64,000 nucleotides of DNA from an uncultured delta proteobacterium (GTDB lineage Bacteria > Desulfobacterota > Desulfobacteria > Desulfobacterales > Desulfatirhabdiaceae): contig CAWBKP010000011.1 in assembly GCA_963789395.1 (NCBI GenBank), positions 96,001-160,000 on the forward strand. The letters run 5' to 3'. The position numbers were made by a program, and so were the translations under genes. Under the pieces are notes generated by a model, which was not told the DNA's origin, searched no databases, and saw only the letters and a program-made list of their open reading frames with translations. Each line of letters starts with the position of its first letter. Within the stretch, counting starts at the first letter, position 1. Positions 20,418 to 30,225 of the stretch are shown here, in pieces.

Positions 20418-21357
20418 GTGACATGGAAAAGACCAGACAGGTTCAAAGAAATCTCCCCGGATCAACTCTTCACATGGCTGGAAACGCACAAGGAATTTTA
20501 TCTGATCGATACATTACCGAAAGAGCATTATCAAAAGCGGCATATCCCGAAAGCGAAAAACGCCTGCGTCTTTGAAGTCTCGTTCATGGAACAAATTGCA
20601 GGCATCGCAGCGGACAAAAATGCCGAGATCGTTCTCTATGGCTCCAGCATCCGATCGATGGACGCGCTGACGGCAGCGGAAAAGCTCGAACGTGCGGATA
20701 CCGAAACATCAGCATATTGACCGGCGGTAATCGAGGATTGGCAAACATCCGGCAGACAGCTTGAAGGCGCCTTTCCGGATGGATCCGGCATCCCCGGATA
20801 CCCTGCTTGAACTGGCGGACCGGAGTATATCGCGTGGATACGGATCAGAGCATCATCGAGTGGACCGGCAGGAATGCCAATACCCGGCATTTCGGCACAA
20901 TCGCGAATCAGCAGCGGAGCCGTCACGGTAAAAGACGGGGCCGATCAGCGGCACGTTTGACATCGACATGAATTCAATCAAAAACACAAATCTTGAAGGA
21001 AATGAACTGCAGCCGGTTTTGATTTCTCATCTGAACTCGGATGACTTCTTTTTCACCACAGGTTTTTCCCGCTGCCGGATTCAGCTTTTCAGGCGCAAAA
21101 TGGCTGAAGTTCCTTTTTTGACGATCTCCGAACTGCCAGATCAATGGAACGCTTGACACTGAAAGGCATAAAGGCGGATCTGCAATTTAGGCTACTGTAA
21201 CCCGGACGGCGGATAATGGGCTGGCGGCAGAGGCGCATTTTGACATTGACCGGACAAATGGCGGATCATCTATGGATCAGCCCGATTCTTCGAGCATCTT
21301 GGCATGCATTTGGTTTTCGATCTGATCAGTTTTCAAGTGAGAATCGTCGCTGTCTGA
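20418..21357 (+). CDS. Rhodanese-like domain fused to a YceI domain, multiple apparent indels
   Basis: AGGAGG RBS + GTG; LIDTLP...HIPKAKNAC; later SIIEWTGRN, LISHLNSDDFF, FDIDRT, YGSARFFEHLGMHLVFDLIS..RIVAV* ending TGA 21355-21357. Confidence 0.8.
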
Positions 21358-22932
21358 CCGGAGGACATGAAACGGTCCCCTTCATTGCGCCTGCCGGCTG
21401 GAATGAAAGCGCGGAAAACCGGAGCTTTCTCGCACCTTCGACAGCGGTTCTCAACCCGATTGTTTGGATTTTTCCGCAGATCCTGGAGGGCAAAATCCGC
21501 CGGGTAAAAAGGGGAGAAAACAGGTACAGCAGCAGATACAACAGGCAGATATATCCCAGATACGGGCTGAATACCGCTACCAGCAGCAAGATGATACTGG
21601 TGCGCCTGAACCAGGTGCTCTGGTCCATGAACCGCCCGAGATGCAGATACCGCACCGGATAAATATTCATCGCCGCGGCAGCCAGCACCATGGCGGCAGT
21701 GGCGATATAGCCCCAGAAACGGATGGTATCCGGACTCTCCTGAACGGCCTGGCTGAACATAATCAGGGGGGCGGTCACCAGAAGCGCTGCCGCCGGTGTG
21801 GGCATTCCCTTGAAAAAGCCCGGAATGGGGGAAGTATCCAGGGTAAAATAAATCAATCGGGCGATCCCCATGACCCGCATAAATCAGGGCAACCCATAAA
21901 ACGGTCAGATCGGAGATGGCCGGAACATCCGATCGGGACAGGACCAGGTAATAAATCCAGGCCGGTACGATGCAAAAGCTGATCCCATCGGAAATATCGT
22001 CCAGAATCCCGCCCAGTTGAAATCGGGGCGGCTTTTCAGTTGCCTGCCGGCGGTTCGGTAAGCCCGAGTTTTCGGGCCATGGCGCCGTCCAGTTTATCGA
22101 AAATCGCAGCGCCTATCAACAGCAGATAGGCTTCCCGAACCCGTCCCTGATTGGCGAACCATACCGACAGCAGCCCCATGATGGCGTTCATCACCGTCAG
22201 CCCGTTCGGGAATGTGGACAAAATACTGCGCCGCAGTTTCTCGTTGCCCAGACACAACTCATCCAGGAAGGCAGCTCCATATTTGCGGCAGTATCTGGCG
22301 ATGGAGCCGAAATTGATCACCAGAAAAATGATTTCAATGACAAACAGTCCCTTCAACGGCAGGTTGCCCAGCCAGGAAATCCAGAAATACAAGCCTGGAA
22401 GGCGGGCCTTCAGGGATGTAAAAGGCGGTGGCATACAGCAGGGCGGCCACCGGCGCCGCAACAACCGTCCGCAGCCGGGTGAACTCGCTGTTTTCGGGTT
22501 CCGGTCCTTTTCCCTGGGTAAATCCGCGAATAAAATGGGCAAAACTGTCCCGGATCAATACGATGATGCATAAAAGCAGGATGAAAATAGCATGCAGACA
22601 GATCGGTTTTCTGGTAATCGGGCGTGATGTAAACCAGGCGCCACATCATTCCCACGGCTACCAGCGGGAAAATAATGGCGTATACCACCTTGTCCATGAT
22701 GCGATCGGCCAGATGCGCCAGGGTGGGATGGGGCTCGAAAGCGCGCGGCAAACCAGCCGTCCACCAGATCAAAGCCCATGGCAGTGAACAGAAAGAGAAC
22801 GCCCAGGGTATACAGAATCGGATTCTGGGTCCACATGACCGCAATGGCGCAACACAGCCCCCCGAAAACCAGTGGCGGTCTGCCGTATACCAGAATGGCG
22901 GTCACTTTTTTGGATATATGCAGTTTTTTCAT
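21326..22932 (-). CDS. Membrane protein with two CDP-alcohol phosphotransferase domains, several apparent indels, 3' end uncertain
   Basis: Domain 1 DLVDGWFAAR...LADRIMD; domain 2 FPNGLTVMN, DKLDGAMAR...GGILDDISD, FFKGMPTPAAA (PssA-like). Confidence 0.75.
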
Positions 22933-22992
22933 GAATTATCTTTTAGCGAAAACCGCCGCAGGTGTCAAGCAAGGATCAGAATAAAACGGCCA

Positions 22993-24545
22993 TTACCAGT
23001 CAATGGGCTGGTAGTCTTTCAGAAATTTCCCGCACCAATGGGTATTCGGTCAGAATCCCGTCAAAAAACGGATCGCAAATCCTGGCAGCGCCATCCACAA
23101 TGTCCAGGGGCGGCTGAAAATCATGCAGTTCCTGTTTCAAAGCGGCCAGCTTCGCCGGATCTTCATCCGTCACCCATCCGGTATCAACGGCATTCATGAA
23201 AATTCCGTCTCTGGCAAGGTCGTCGGCGGATGCATGCGTCAGCATGTTAAGGGCTGCCTTGGCCATATTGGTATGCGGATGGCGGCCTGTTGTCTTGTAA
23301 TCGGAAAAACTTTCCCTCCATGGCCGTAACATTCACGATATGTTTTTTTCCGGTATAATCGCGCCTCATCATCGGCACCAGCCGGTTGCATAGCACAAAC
23401 GGCGCCACGGCATTCACCAGCTGAATTTCAAGCATCTCGGCAGTCTGGATTTCGCCCAGCCGCAGACGCCAGCTGTTGGTTTCCCTTAAATCCACCTGCT
23501 GAAGATCGGCATCCAGCTTCACCTTTTGGGAAAACAGCTTCCGAAACCAGGCTGTGGTCGTAAGCATAAGGAATCTGAGACAGTTGCGCGGAGGCGCGCA
23601 GACCGATTCCGGGGGTTTTTCCGTTCCAGGCTACCGGAAGCGCCGTCTCCAGTCCGATATTCGGCACCGAAAATGAACCGAGTTGATTGATGCACAGATG
23701 ATACGTGTCCAAGAAGCGGACCGGACATTCTCCGGCAGCACATCAATGGCACTGGTTTCATTATCCATCAGATGCGCGTAAAAGCCTGGCGGCCTGCGAA
23801 CTGTCTGGGCCGCATTATTGATTAGAATATCCAGACGCTCATAGTTCTGTTCAATGAAACTGGAAAATATCTCTACGCTTGGCGTATGCCGCAAGTCCAG
23901 TCCATAAATATGCAGGCGGTCGCCCCACTCGGAAAAATCCTTTTCACCCGAAAAGCGCATCGCGGCATCCACGGGAAATCGGGTGGTTGCAATCACTCTG
24001 GCGCCTGCGCGGAGCATCATCAGCGTTGCCTGGTATCCGATTTTTACGCGGGCGCCGGTAATCAGCGCCACCTGCCCATGAAGCGATGCGGTCTGAAAGC
24101 GTTTTTGATAGTTGAACGCCGCACAACGCGGACACATGGCATCGTAGAAAAAATGAAGTTTTGTAAATTCCGCCTTGCAGACATAGCAATTTCGCGGGGA
24201 TTTTAACTCACGATTTTCTGAAACCAAATCCGATATTAAATCCGGAATCTGCTCCGGCGCGGAAAAAACACTGGCCTGCCGGGCACGGCGGATGCCCGTG
24301 GCGGCCCGAGCCATGCGCTCGTGCTGAACAACCGCCTGGCGTTGAACCCGGTTTTTTTCCTTGTTTCGCTTTTTTAGCTCGCGTCGATCCGGGCGGGAGA
24401 GCTGTCCGGCAGCAGTCATGAGCGCGATTCGCTGCGCTTCGGAAAGGTTGACAATCTGGCCGCTGTCTGCGGCCAGATTTTCAAGAAAAGAAATACATTT
24501 TTGTATTTCTTCCGGAGAGTACGCTGTTTCGTTGTCTTGGGTCAC
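22993..24545 (-). CDS. Atypical SDR-family oxidoreductase with N-terminal CxxC...CxxC domain, several apparent indels
   Basis: CYVC...[56 protein letters not shown]; ends [10 protein letters not shown] (TAA 22993-22995). Confidence 0.82.
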
Positions 24546-25088
24546 TGAGAATCACTTTACAGGCGGGATAGTCGCTGATTATGGGTTTTGCGGCAGACAC
24601 CGGCGACTTTGCCTTGGCATTGTAAATCTCGAGCCACCCCTTGAGGACTTCAATGTTCTTTTCCAAGCCAGGTGCTCCAGCGGCTTTTGCACCGGTTATA
24701 TCCCGCAACAGATCGGAATACGCACTGGCCAGCTCTTTTTCCTTAGCCAGCAGCACTTCACTTTGCGCCTGAACCCGTTTCTGAAAAAAGCTGCGCAGAA
24801 CCCCATGGCTTCATCCTGGGTCTTGAATGCAACGCCGGTGATGCCTTTTAAATCCAGCCCCTTTACAGAAAAGGGTTCCAGAGCACTGGAGCGCTGAGAA
24901 ACTACCCAACTGGAGCAAGGACCCCTCACCAGGAGGAGTTCTCCGCCCCGGACCGTAAAATAATAGCTTTTAGGCAGTATTGTAACTGATAAAATAATTG
25001 CAGCAATGATAATAATCATCGGCAGAATGATAACAATCTTCCTGCCAACAAGATGTTGCCGAAAAAACGGCAAACCGGATTCTTCCAT
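24481..25088 (-). CDS. Membrane-anchored hypothetical protein, probable frameshift near 24760, 3' end uncertain
   Basis: GGAGG RBS before ATG 25088; single hydrophobic helix [21 protein letters not shown]; continues in ORF 24481..24756. Confidence 0.5.
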
Positions 25089-25484
25089 GGATGCACCTCC
25101 ATTTTTTGGGTTTATGTTAAATCAATGTAAGTATGATTATACCAGAATTCATCCTATGTGGAAATAATTTATCAGCGCGTCAATCAGATACCCCCTACCC
25201 CCATACGGTATAGTATGCTAAGCAGAAGGATATTTTTCCAAAAAGCTGAAAGGTTTTCATTTTATAGATGCGACAGCCGTCATTTCCACACAAGAAATCT
25301 GAATATTGAATTTTCCGGAAGAGTCATCAAACAGGAGAATCACTCAGCCATCCTGCCAGCACAAAAACAAGCATCCTGATATGCCAAACCGCAAATGTCG
25401 TCCTCTCCAGATAGCAGCAAGCACCATGTTCGGGGTTATACTTATCCGCATCACATCGGCAATATTACTGCAGTTTCTCAGGCT

Positions 25485-25637
25485 TTATGAAGATTTCTCT
25501 GTTTCCGGCAAGGGAGAGGTATCCGCTTCAAGTGCTTCATTCTCCGTTGTCAGCTTACGCTGTCTTTTTTCTTCCTTCTTTCTTTTTTTTTCCAGCTCTC
25601 TTTGACGTTTATCGTGCTGATAATTGGGTTTTGGCAA
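25485..25637 (-). CDS. 50-aa basic small protein (MPKPNYQHDKRQRELEKKRKKEEKRQRK...), not in the ORF track
   Basis: Translated by hand: TTG at 25637 preceded by AAGGAAG, TAA at 25485-25487. Confidence 0.65.
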   Translation of the reverse strand: MPKPNYQHDKRQRELEKKRKKEEKRQRKLTTENEALEADTSPLPETEKSS

Positions 25638-25916
25638 TTTATCTTCCTTTTTTTCTATAAAAACAGATACAATTTAATGGTTATTTGCAACCTTCGTTGT
25701 GCGCGTTCTGGGGATAGGGATTGCGGGAAAAAAGCACGACCATGACTGCTTTCGAATATCAAAATGATGCTATTGATTCCAATTTATGTGACCATCATCG
25801 TTGAGTTAACTTGTCATATATCGGAAAGTCCTTGAATATTCAACTTCTTTCCCTTTTAACACAGGATTTAATGCATTCTAGATTTTTGTTCATTTTATCA
25901 ATGATCAACAAATTAT

Positions 25917-25977
25917 TTGACAAAACACAGGAAATGGATATAAAACAACAATATATATTTGATTGAGCGCTCGTTCA
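25917..25977 (+). promoter_or_regulatory. Putative sigma70 promoter followed by a palindromic operator
   Basis: TTGACA 25917-25922, TATAAA 16 nt later; imperfect palindrome TGAGCGCTCGTTCA at 25964-25977. Confidence 0.5.
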
Positions 25978-26037
25978 GTATGTGCATCAGCACACCGAAG
26001 ACATCTTGAACATCACTAACAACGGGAGAGTTTATTT

Positions 26038-27717
26038 ATGGAATTACCAAAATATGAAGTTGGCAAAACCACGATAGGCCAGCTGGTGGATATCGTGGCC
26101 GAACAGTTCGGAAACAGCAAGGCGCTGAAGTATCACAAATTGGGAATCGACTACGACTACAATCAGTTCAAATCGGTCTGCAATCAATCGGCCAAAGCCT
26201 TTATGGCATTGGGTATTCAAAAACACGAGCATATCGCGATATGGGCCAATAATGTTCCGGAATGGGTCCTGGCACAGTTCAGCACGGCCAAAATGGGGGC
26301 TGTGCTGGTTACGGTCAACACCAACTACCGGAGCTTCGAACTGGAATATCTGATGAAACAGTCCGATTCAACGACACTGATTCTGATCGGCGGTGTCCGG
26401 GAGCCGGATGAATATCTCAAAGTCGTTTATGATGTCTGCCCGGAGCTGAAAACCTGCGAACCCGGAAAACTGAAAAGTGCAAAGCTCCCCCTGCTCAAGA
26501 ACGTCATCTTTATCGGAAATGAAAGCCATCCCGGCATGTTCACCTGGAATGAGGTGATGGCCATGAGCAGCAAGATCAGCGATGCGGAGCTTTACGCACG
26601 GCAGAACTCCCTGGAGCCCGATGATGTCATCAACATGCAGTATACCTCCGGCACGACCGGATTTCCCAAAGGCGTTCAGTTGACGCACACGAACCTGATC
26701 GGAAACGCAAAGAGCCTGGCAGAGTGCATGGTACTGTCTTCCAAAGACACCATGTGCATTCCCGTTCCCTTTTTTCACTGTTTTGGCTGTGTTCTTGGCA
26801 CGCTGACCTGCGTGGTCTCAGCAACCTGCATGGCTCCGGTACAGGCATTTACAGCCGCAGCAGTACTGGAAACAGTTGAAGCATCACAATGCACGGCACT
26901 GCATGGGGTTCCGACCATGTTCATCGCCGAACTGGAAGAGTTAAAAAACAAGAAATACGACACCTCGCATCTGCGAACCGGAATCATGGCCGGTGCCCCC
27001 TGCCCCATAGAGGTGATGAAGCAGGTCGTCAGCATCATGGGCGCATCAGAAATGACCATTGTCTACGGACAAACCGAGGCGTCTCCGGGAATTACCCAGA
27101 CCCGCACCACGGACAGTCTTGAACTGCGGGTAAGTACGGTTGGAAGAGCGCTACCGAACGTGGAAGTCAAAATCGTGGATCCGGCAACGGGCATGGAAGT
27201 CCCCCGAGGCGTTCAGGGCGAACTCTGTACGCGCGGTTATCACGTCATGAAGGGGTATTATAACAATCCGGAAGGCACTGCCAGGGCCATAGACAAAGAC
27301 AAGTGGCTGCACACCGGCGACCTGGCAGTCATGGATGAAAACGGCTACTGCAAAATCACCGGCCGCATCAAGGACATGATCATTCGCGGCGGTGAAAATA
27401 TTTACCCGAGGGAAATCGAGGAATTTCTCTATACCCATTCCAAAATCAAGGATGTCCAGGTCATCGGCGTTCCCAGTAAAAAATACGGGGAGGAAGTGGT
27501 AGCCTATGTTCAGGTCAAGCCCGGTGAAAAAATATCCGAAGATGAACTGAGAACATTTTGCAAAGATAAAATTTCCTTTCATAAGATACCTGCATTTTTT
27601 TTCTTTGTTGAAGAATATCCGACAACCGCCAGCGGCAAGATCCAGAAATACAAGCTGCGGGAAAGCGCCACCAAAGATCTGAAGCGCGAAGAAGACGCAA
27701 ATATCCAGATGGCCTGA
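26038..27717 (+). CDS. AMP-binding acyl-CoA synthetase
   Basis: MQYTSGTTGFPKG, YGQTEASP, WLHTGD, GRIKDMIIRGGENIYPREIE, SGKIQK. Confidence 0.93.
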   Translation: MELPKYEVGKTTIGQLVDIVAEQFGNSKALKYHKLGIDYDYNQFKSVCNQSAKAFMALGIQKHEHIAIWANNVPEWVLAQFSTAKMGAVLVTVNTNYRSFELEYLMKQSDSTTLILIGGVREPDEYLKVVYDVCPELKTCEPGKLKSAKLPLLKNVIFIGNESHPGMFTWNEVMAMSSKISDAELYARQNSLEPDDVINMQYTSGTTGFPKGVQLTHTNLIGNAKSLAECMVLSSKDTMCIPVPFFHCFGCVLGTLTCVVSATCMAPVQAFTAAAVLETVEASQCTALHGVPTMFIAELEELKNKKYDTSHLRTGIMAGAPCPIEVMKQVVSIMGASEMTIVYGQTEASPGITQTRTTDSLELRVSTVGRALPNVEVKIVDPATGMEVPRGVQGELCTRGYHVMKGYYNNPEGTARAIDKDKWLHTGDLAVMDENGYCKITGRIKDMIIRGGENIYPREIEEFLYTHSKIKDVQVIGVPSKKYGEEVVAYVQVKPGEKISEDELRTFCKDKISFHKIPAFFFFVEEYPTTASGKIQKYKLRESATKDLKREEDANIQMA

Positions 27718-27726
27718 CAGTAACTG

Positions 27727-27757
27727 AACAGGGCGGCAAACGCTGCCGCCCTGTTTT
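27727..27757 (+). terminator. Intrinsic terminator-like hairpin
   Basis: AACAGGGCGGCA-aacgc-TGCCGCCCTGTT perfect 12-bp stem ending in a short T run, 10 nt after the stop. Confidence 0.75.
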
Positions 27758-27873
27758 GCCTCAAAAACCTATCCATCCATTTCAGATCCGCCGAAATTCA
27801 TCTTATTTTACTTCCTTAAATGAATATGTGACCTGTGCCATCATCATTGCCCGTTTTTAAGGAGATTTATCTC

Positions 27874-29956
27874 ATGACAGAAAAAATTGAATGGATTAAG
27901 ACCCATTGTTCCCGCATGGATCATGGGGGATGTGGTATCCTTGTCGGCGTTTGCAACGGACGAATCGTTGACATCAAAGGGGATGCGGATGGCTTTTTGA
28001 ACCAGGGATATATCTGCACCAAGGGCCGACACGCGCATGAAAAACTCTATCATGCAAATCGGCTGAAAACGCCGCTTCAAAGAATCGGTGCCAGGGGAGA
28101 CGGCCAGTGGAAACCCGTATCCTGGGAAGAAGCCCTTGACGTGGTCAGCGAGAATTTATCCCGAATTCGGCAAACTCACGGCGCCAGGTCCGTTGCTTTT
28201 TGTCAGGGTATGCCAAAGGGCATGGAACATTTTGCACTGATTCGGCTGGCCCACACATTTGGCTCCCCGAACATTGTTGCGGTTCAGGATGTCTGTCACG
28301 CGCCCAGAGAGGTCAGCGGACTTCATACCTGCGGGTTTTATCCGGTTGCCGACTATCATCATCCCAGCCAGGTGATTCTGCTTTGGGGAAGCAATCCGCC
28401 GGACACAAACGAAGAGGGGGAAATCTCCAGCCTGCTCATGAAACAGCTTCGGGGAGAAACCGCACTGATAGTCGTGGATCCCCGGAGAACGCAGCTGGCT
28501 GAAAAAGCCGATTACTGGCTTCAGATCCGTCCGGGTACGGACGCGGCCCTGGCCTTGGCCTTTCTGCATGTCATCATTGAGGAAAATCTTTTTGATCACG
28601 CATTTGTTCAAGAATGGACAATCGGCTTTGATTTGCTGCAATCCCGCTGCAAAGCTTACGCACCGGAGACTGTCGCCCCCATCTGCGGCCTGGAACCCGG
28701 CCTGATCCGGAACAGCGCCCGGTGCTACGCCAAGGGCAGGCCTGCAGCCATCGGATGGGGCAATGCCATCGAGCAGCATATCACCACCTGGGACACGACC
28801 CGCGCATTGATCTGCCTGATGGCTGTCTGCGGAAACCTGGATGTGCCGGGCGGTAATATCCATGCTCTGGATCCTCCGGTACTGGGCCTGGCACAATTTG
28901 TCCGGGCCGATCTGGTTCCGGATAAAATCAAGGAAATGATTCACGCGCATTTTGGAACCGTGCCCAGACTGATGACCGTTCCATCCGCCTATTTCAGGCG
29001 AGCTGTGCTGGATGAAACCCCTTATCCGGTAAAAGGCGCCTATATGCAGTGCACCAATCCCCTGATGGGATATGCGGACGCCAATATGACCTACCAGGCA
29101 CTGGCCAAGCTTGATTTTTTGGCTGTTTCCGATGTCTTCATGACGCCCACTGCGGCAATGGCCGATATCGTGCTGCCGGCAGCCACCCAGTTCGAATTTA
29201 ATGACATCGGACATTACGGACTCGGTCATGGCATTGTCCTGGCCAGAAAAAAGATCGTGGACCCCCCGCAGAACTGCTGGCCGGACATTCGCATCATCAA
29301 TGAAATCGGCAAAAGGCTGACTCGTCCCGAATACTGGTTTGATGACGAAAATGCCATGCTGGAAGCCGTTCTGAAGCCATCGGGACTGTCATTTGAGGCA
29401 TTTTGCACAAAAAGGATATCTGAAAGGACCTGAAGCATTTTAAAAATACGCGGGAACCGGTTTCAAGACCACATCCAAAAAAGTGGAGCTGAACTTGCAA
29501 CATGCTGAAAAATGGGGACTTTCCCCGCTTCCGGAATTTTCGCAGCAACCGCCTGACGCATCTTATCCGCTGTTTTTGACCAGCGCCAAGAGTCCCAATT
29601 ATCTGCATTCCGCCTACCGGTGGATGGACAGCCTCAGGCAAAAGGAACCCGCGCCGATTTGTCAAATCCATCCCCTTACCGCGGAAAATGCCGGAATCTG
29701 CGAAGGAGATGATGTTAAGGTTGAAACCTTTTATGGTGATATGATTCAGACGGCCCATATCACTGACCGAATCCGTCCGGAAGTAATTATAGCCGCATAT
29801 GGATGGTGGTTTCCAGACGAAGATCCCTCCCTCGATAAATCCTGGGTGCGTGCCAATTACAACATGCTGACCCATGTACAGGAACTGGGAAAAGCGTTTG
29901 GTACGCCGACACTGAAGGGAATCCCCTGCCGGATTCAAAAGGCCTCAAAAGCTTGA
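27874..29956 (+). CDS. Cytoplasmic Mo/W-bisPGD (DMSO reductase family) oxidoreductase, acetylene-hydratase-like, apparent frameshift near 29410
   Basis: HCSRMDHGGCG...ICTKG; RLKTPL; WGSNP; IRPGTD; FMTPTAAMADIVLPAA; HSAYR; YGWWFP; no Tat RR signal; AAGGAG RBS. Confidence 0.85.
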
Positions 29957-30225
29957 AAACGCAAATTTGCTGCTGAACCGATGACAGACTTGCGCCTGTT
30001 TGACACGGCGTGCGCAAATGAATTATGATACAAGTCAAAGAAGCAGATTCAGAAAACTTTTCTGCCATTGCATTTTGAAATGGGATCTTTTTTTGCTATA
30101 TGATGTCGACCCCCGGCAGTTTCAGATCAATTATCAGCATGTTTTTATTAAAGTTTGGCCGCAAGCGGCCGATACTGATTAAAAGGTCTTTTTTCTTGTT
30201 TTCACTGTTTTGAGGTATCAGACTG

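Noticed and set aside
25100..26037. ORFs 25158..25379 and 25306..25605, or a structured ncRNA in the AT-rich gap
   Set aside because: No RBS or motifs, the second ORF is antisense to the 50-aa protein, and I recognised no riboswitch consensus
28156..29229. 357-aa minus-strand ORF, and similar long ORFs at 39600, 43153, 35773 and 16240
   Set aside because: Each lies opposite well-supported genes and reads as a codon-bias shadow
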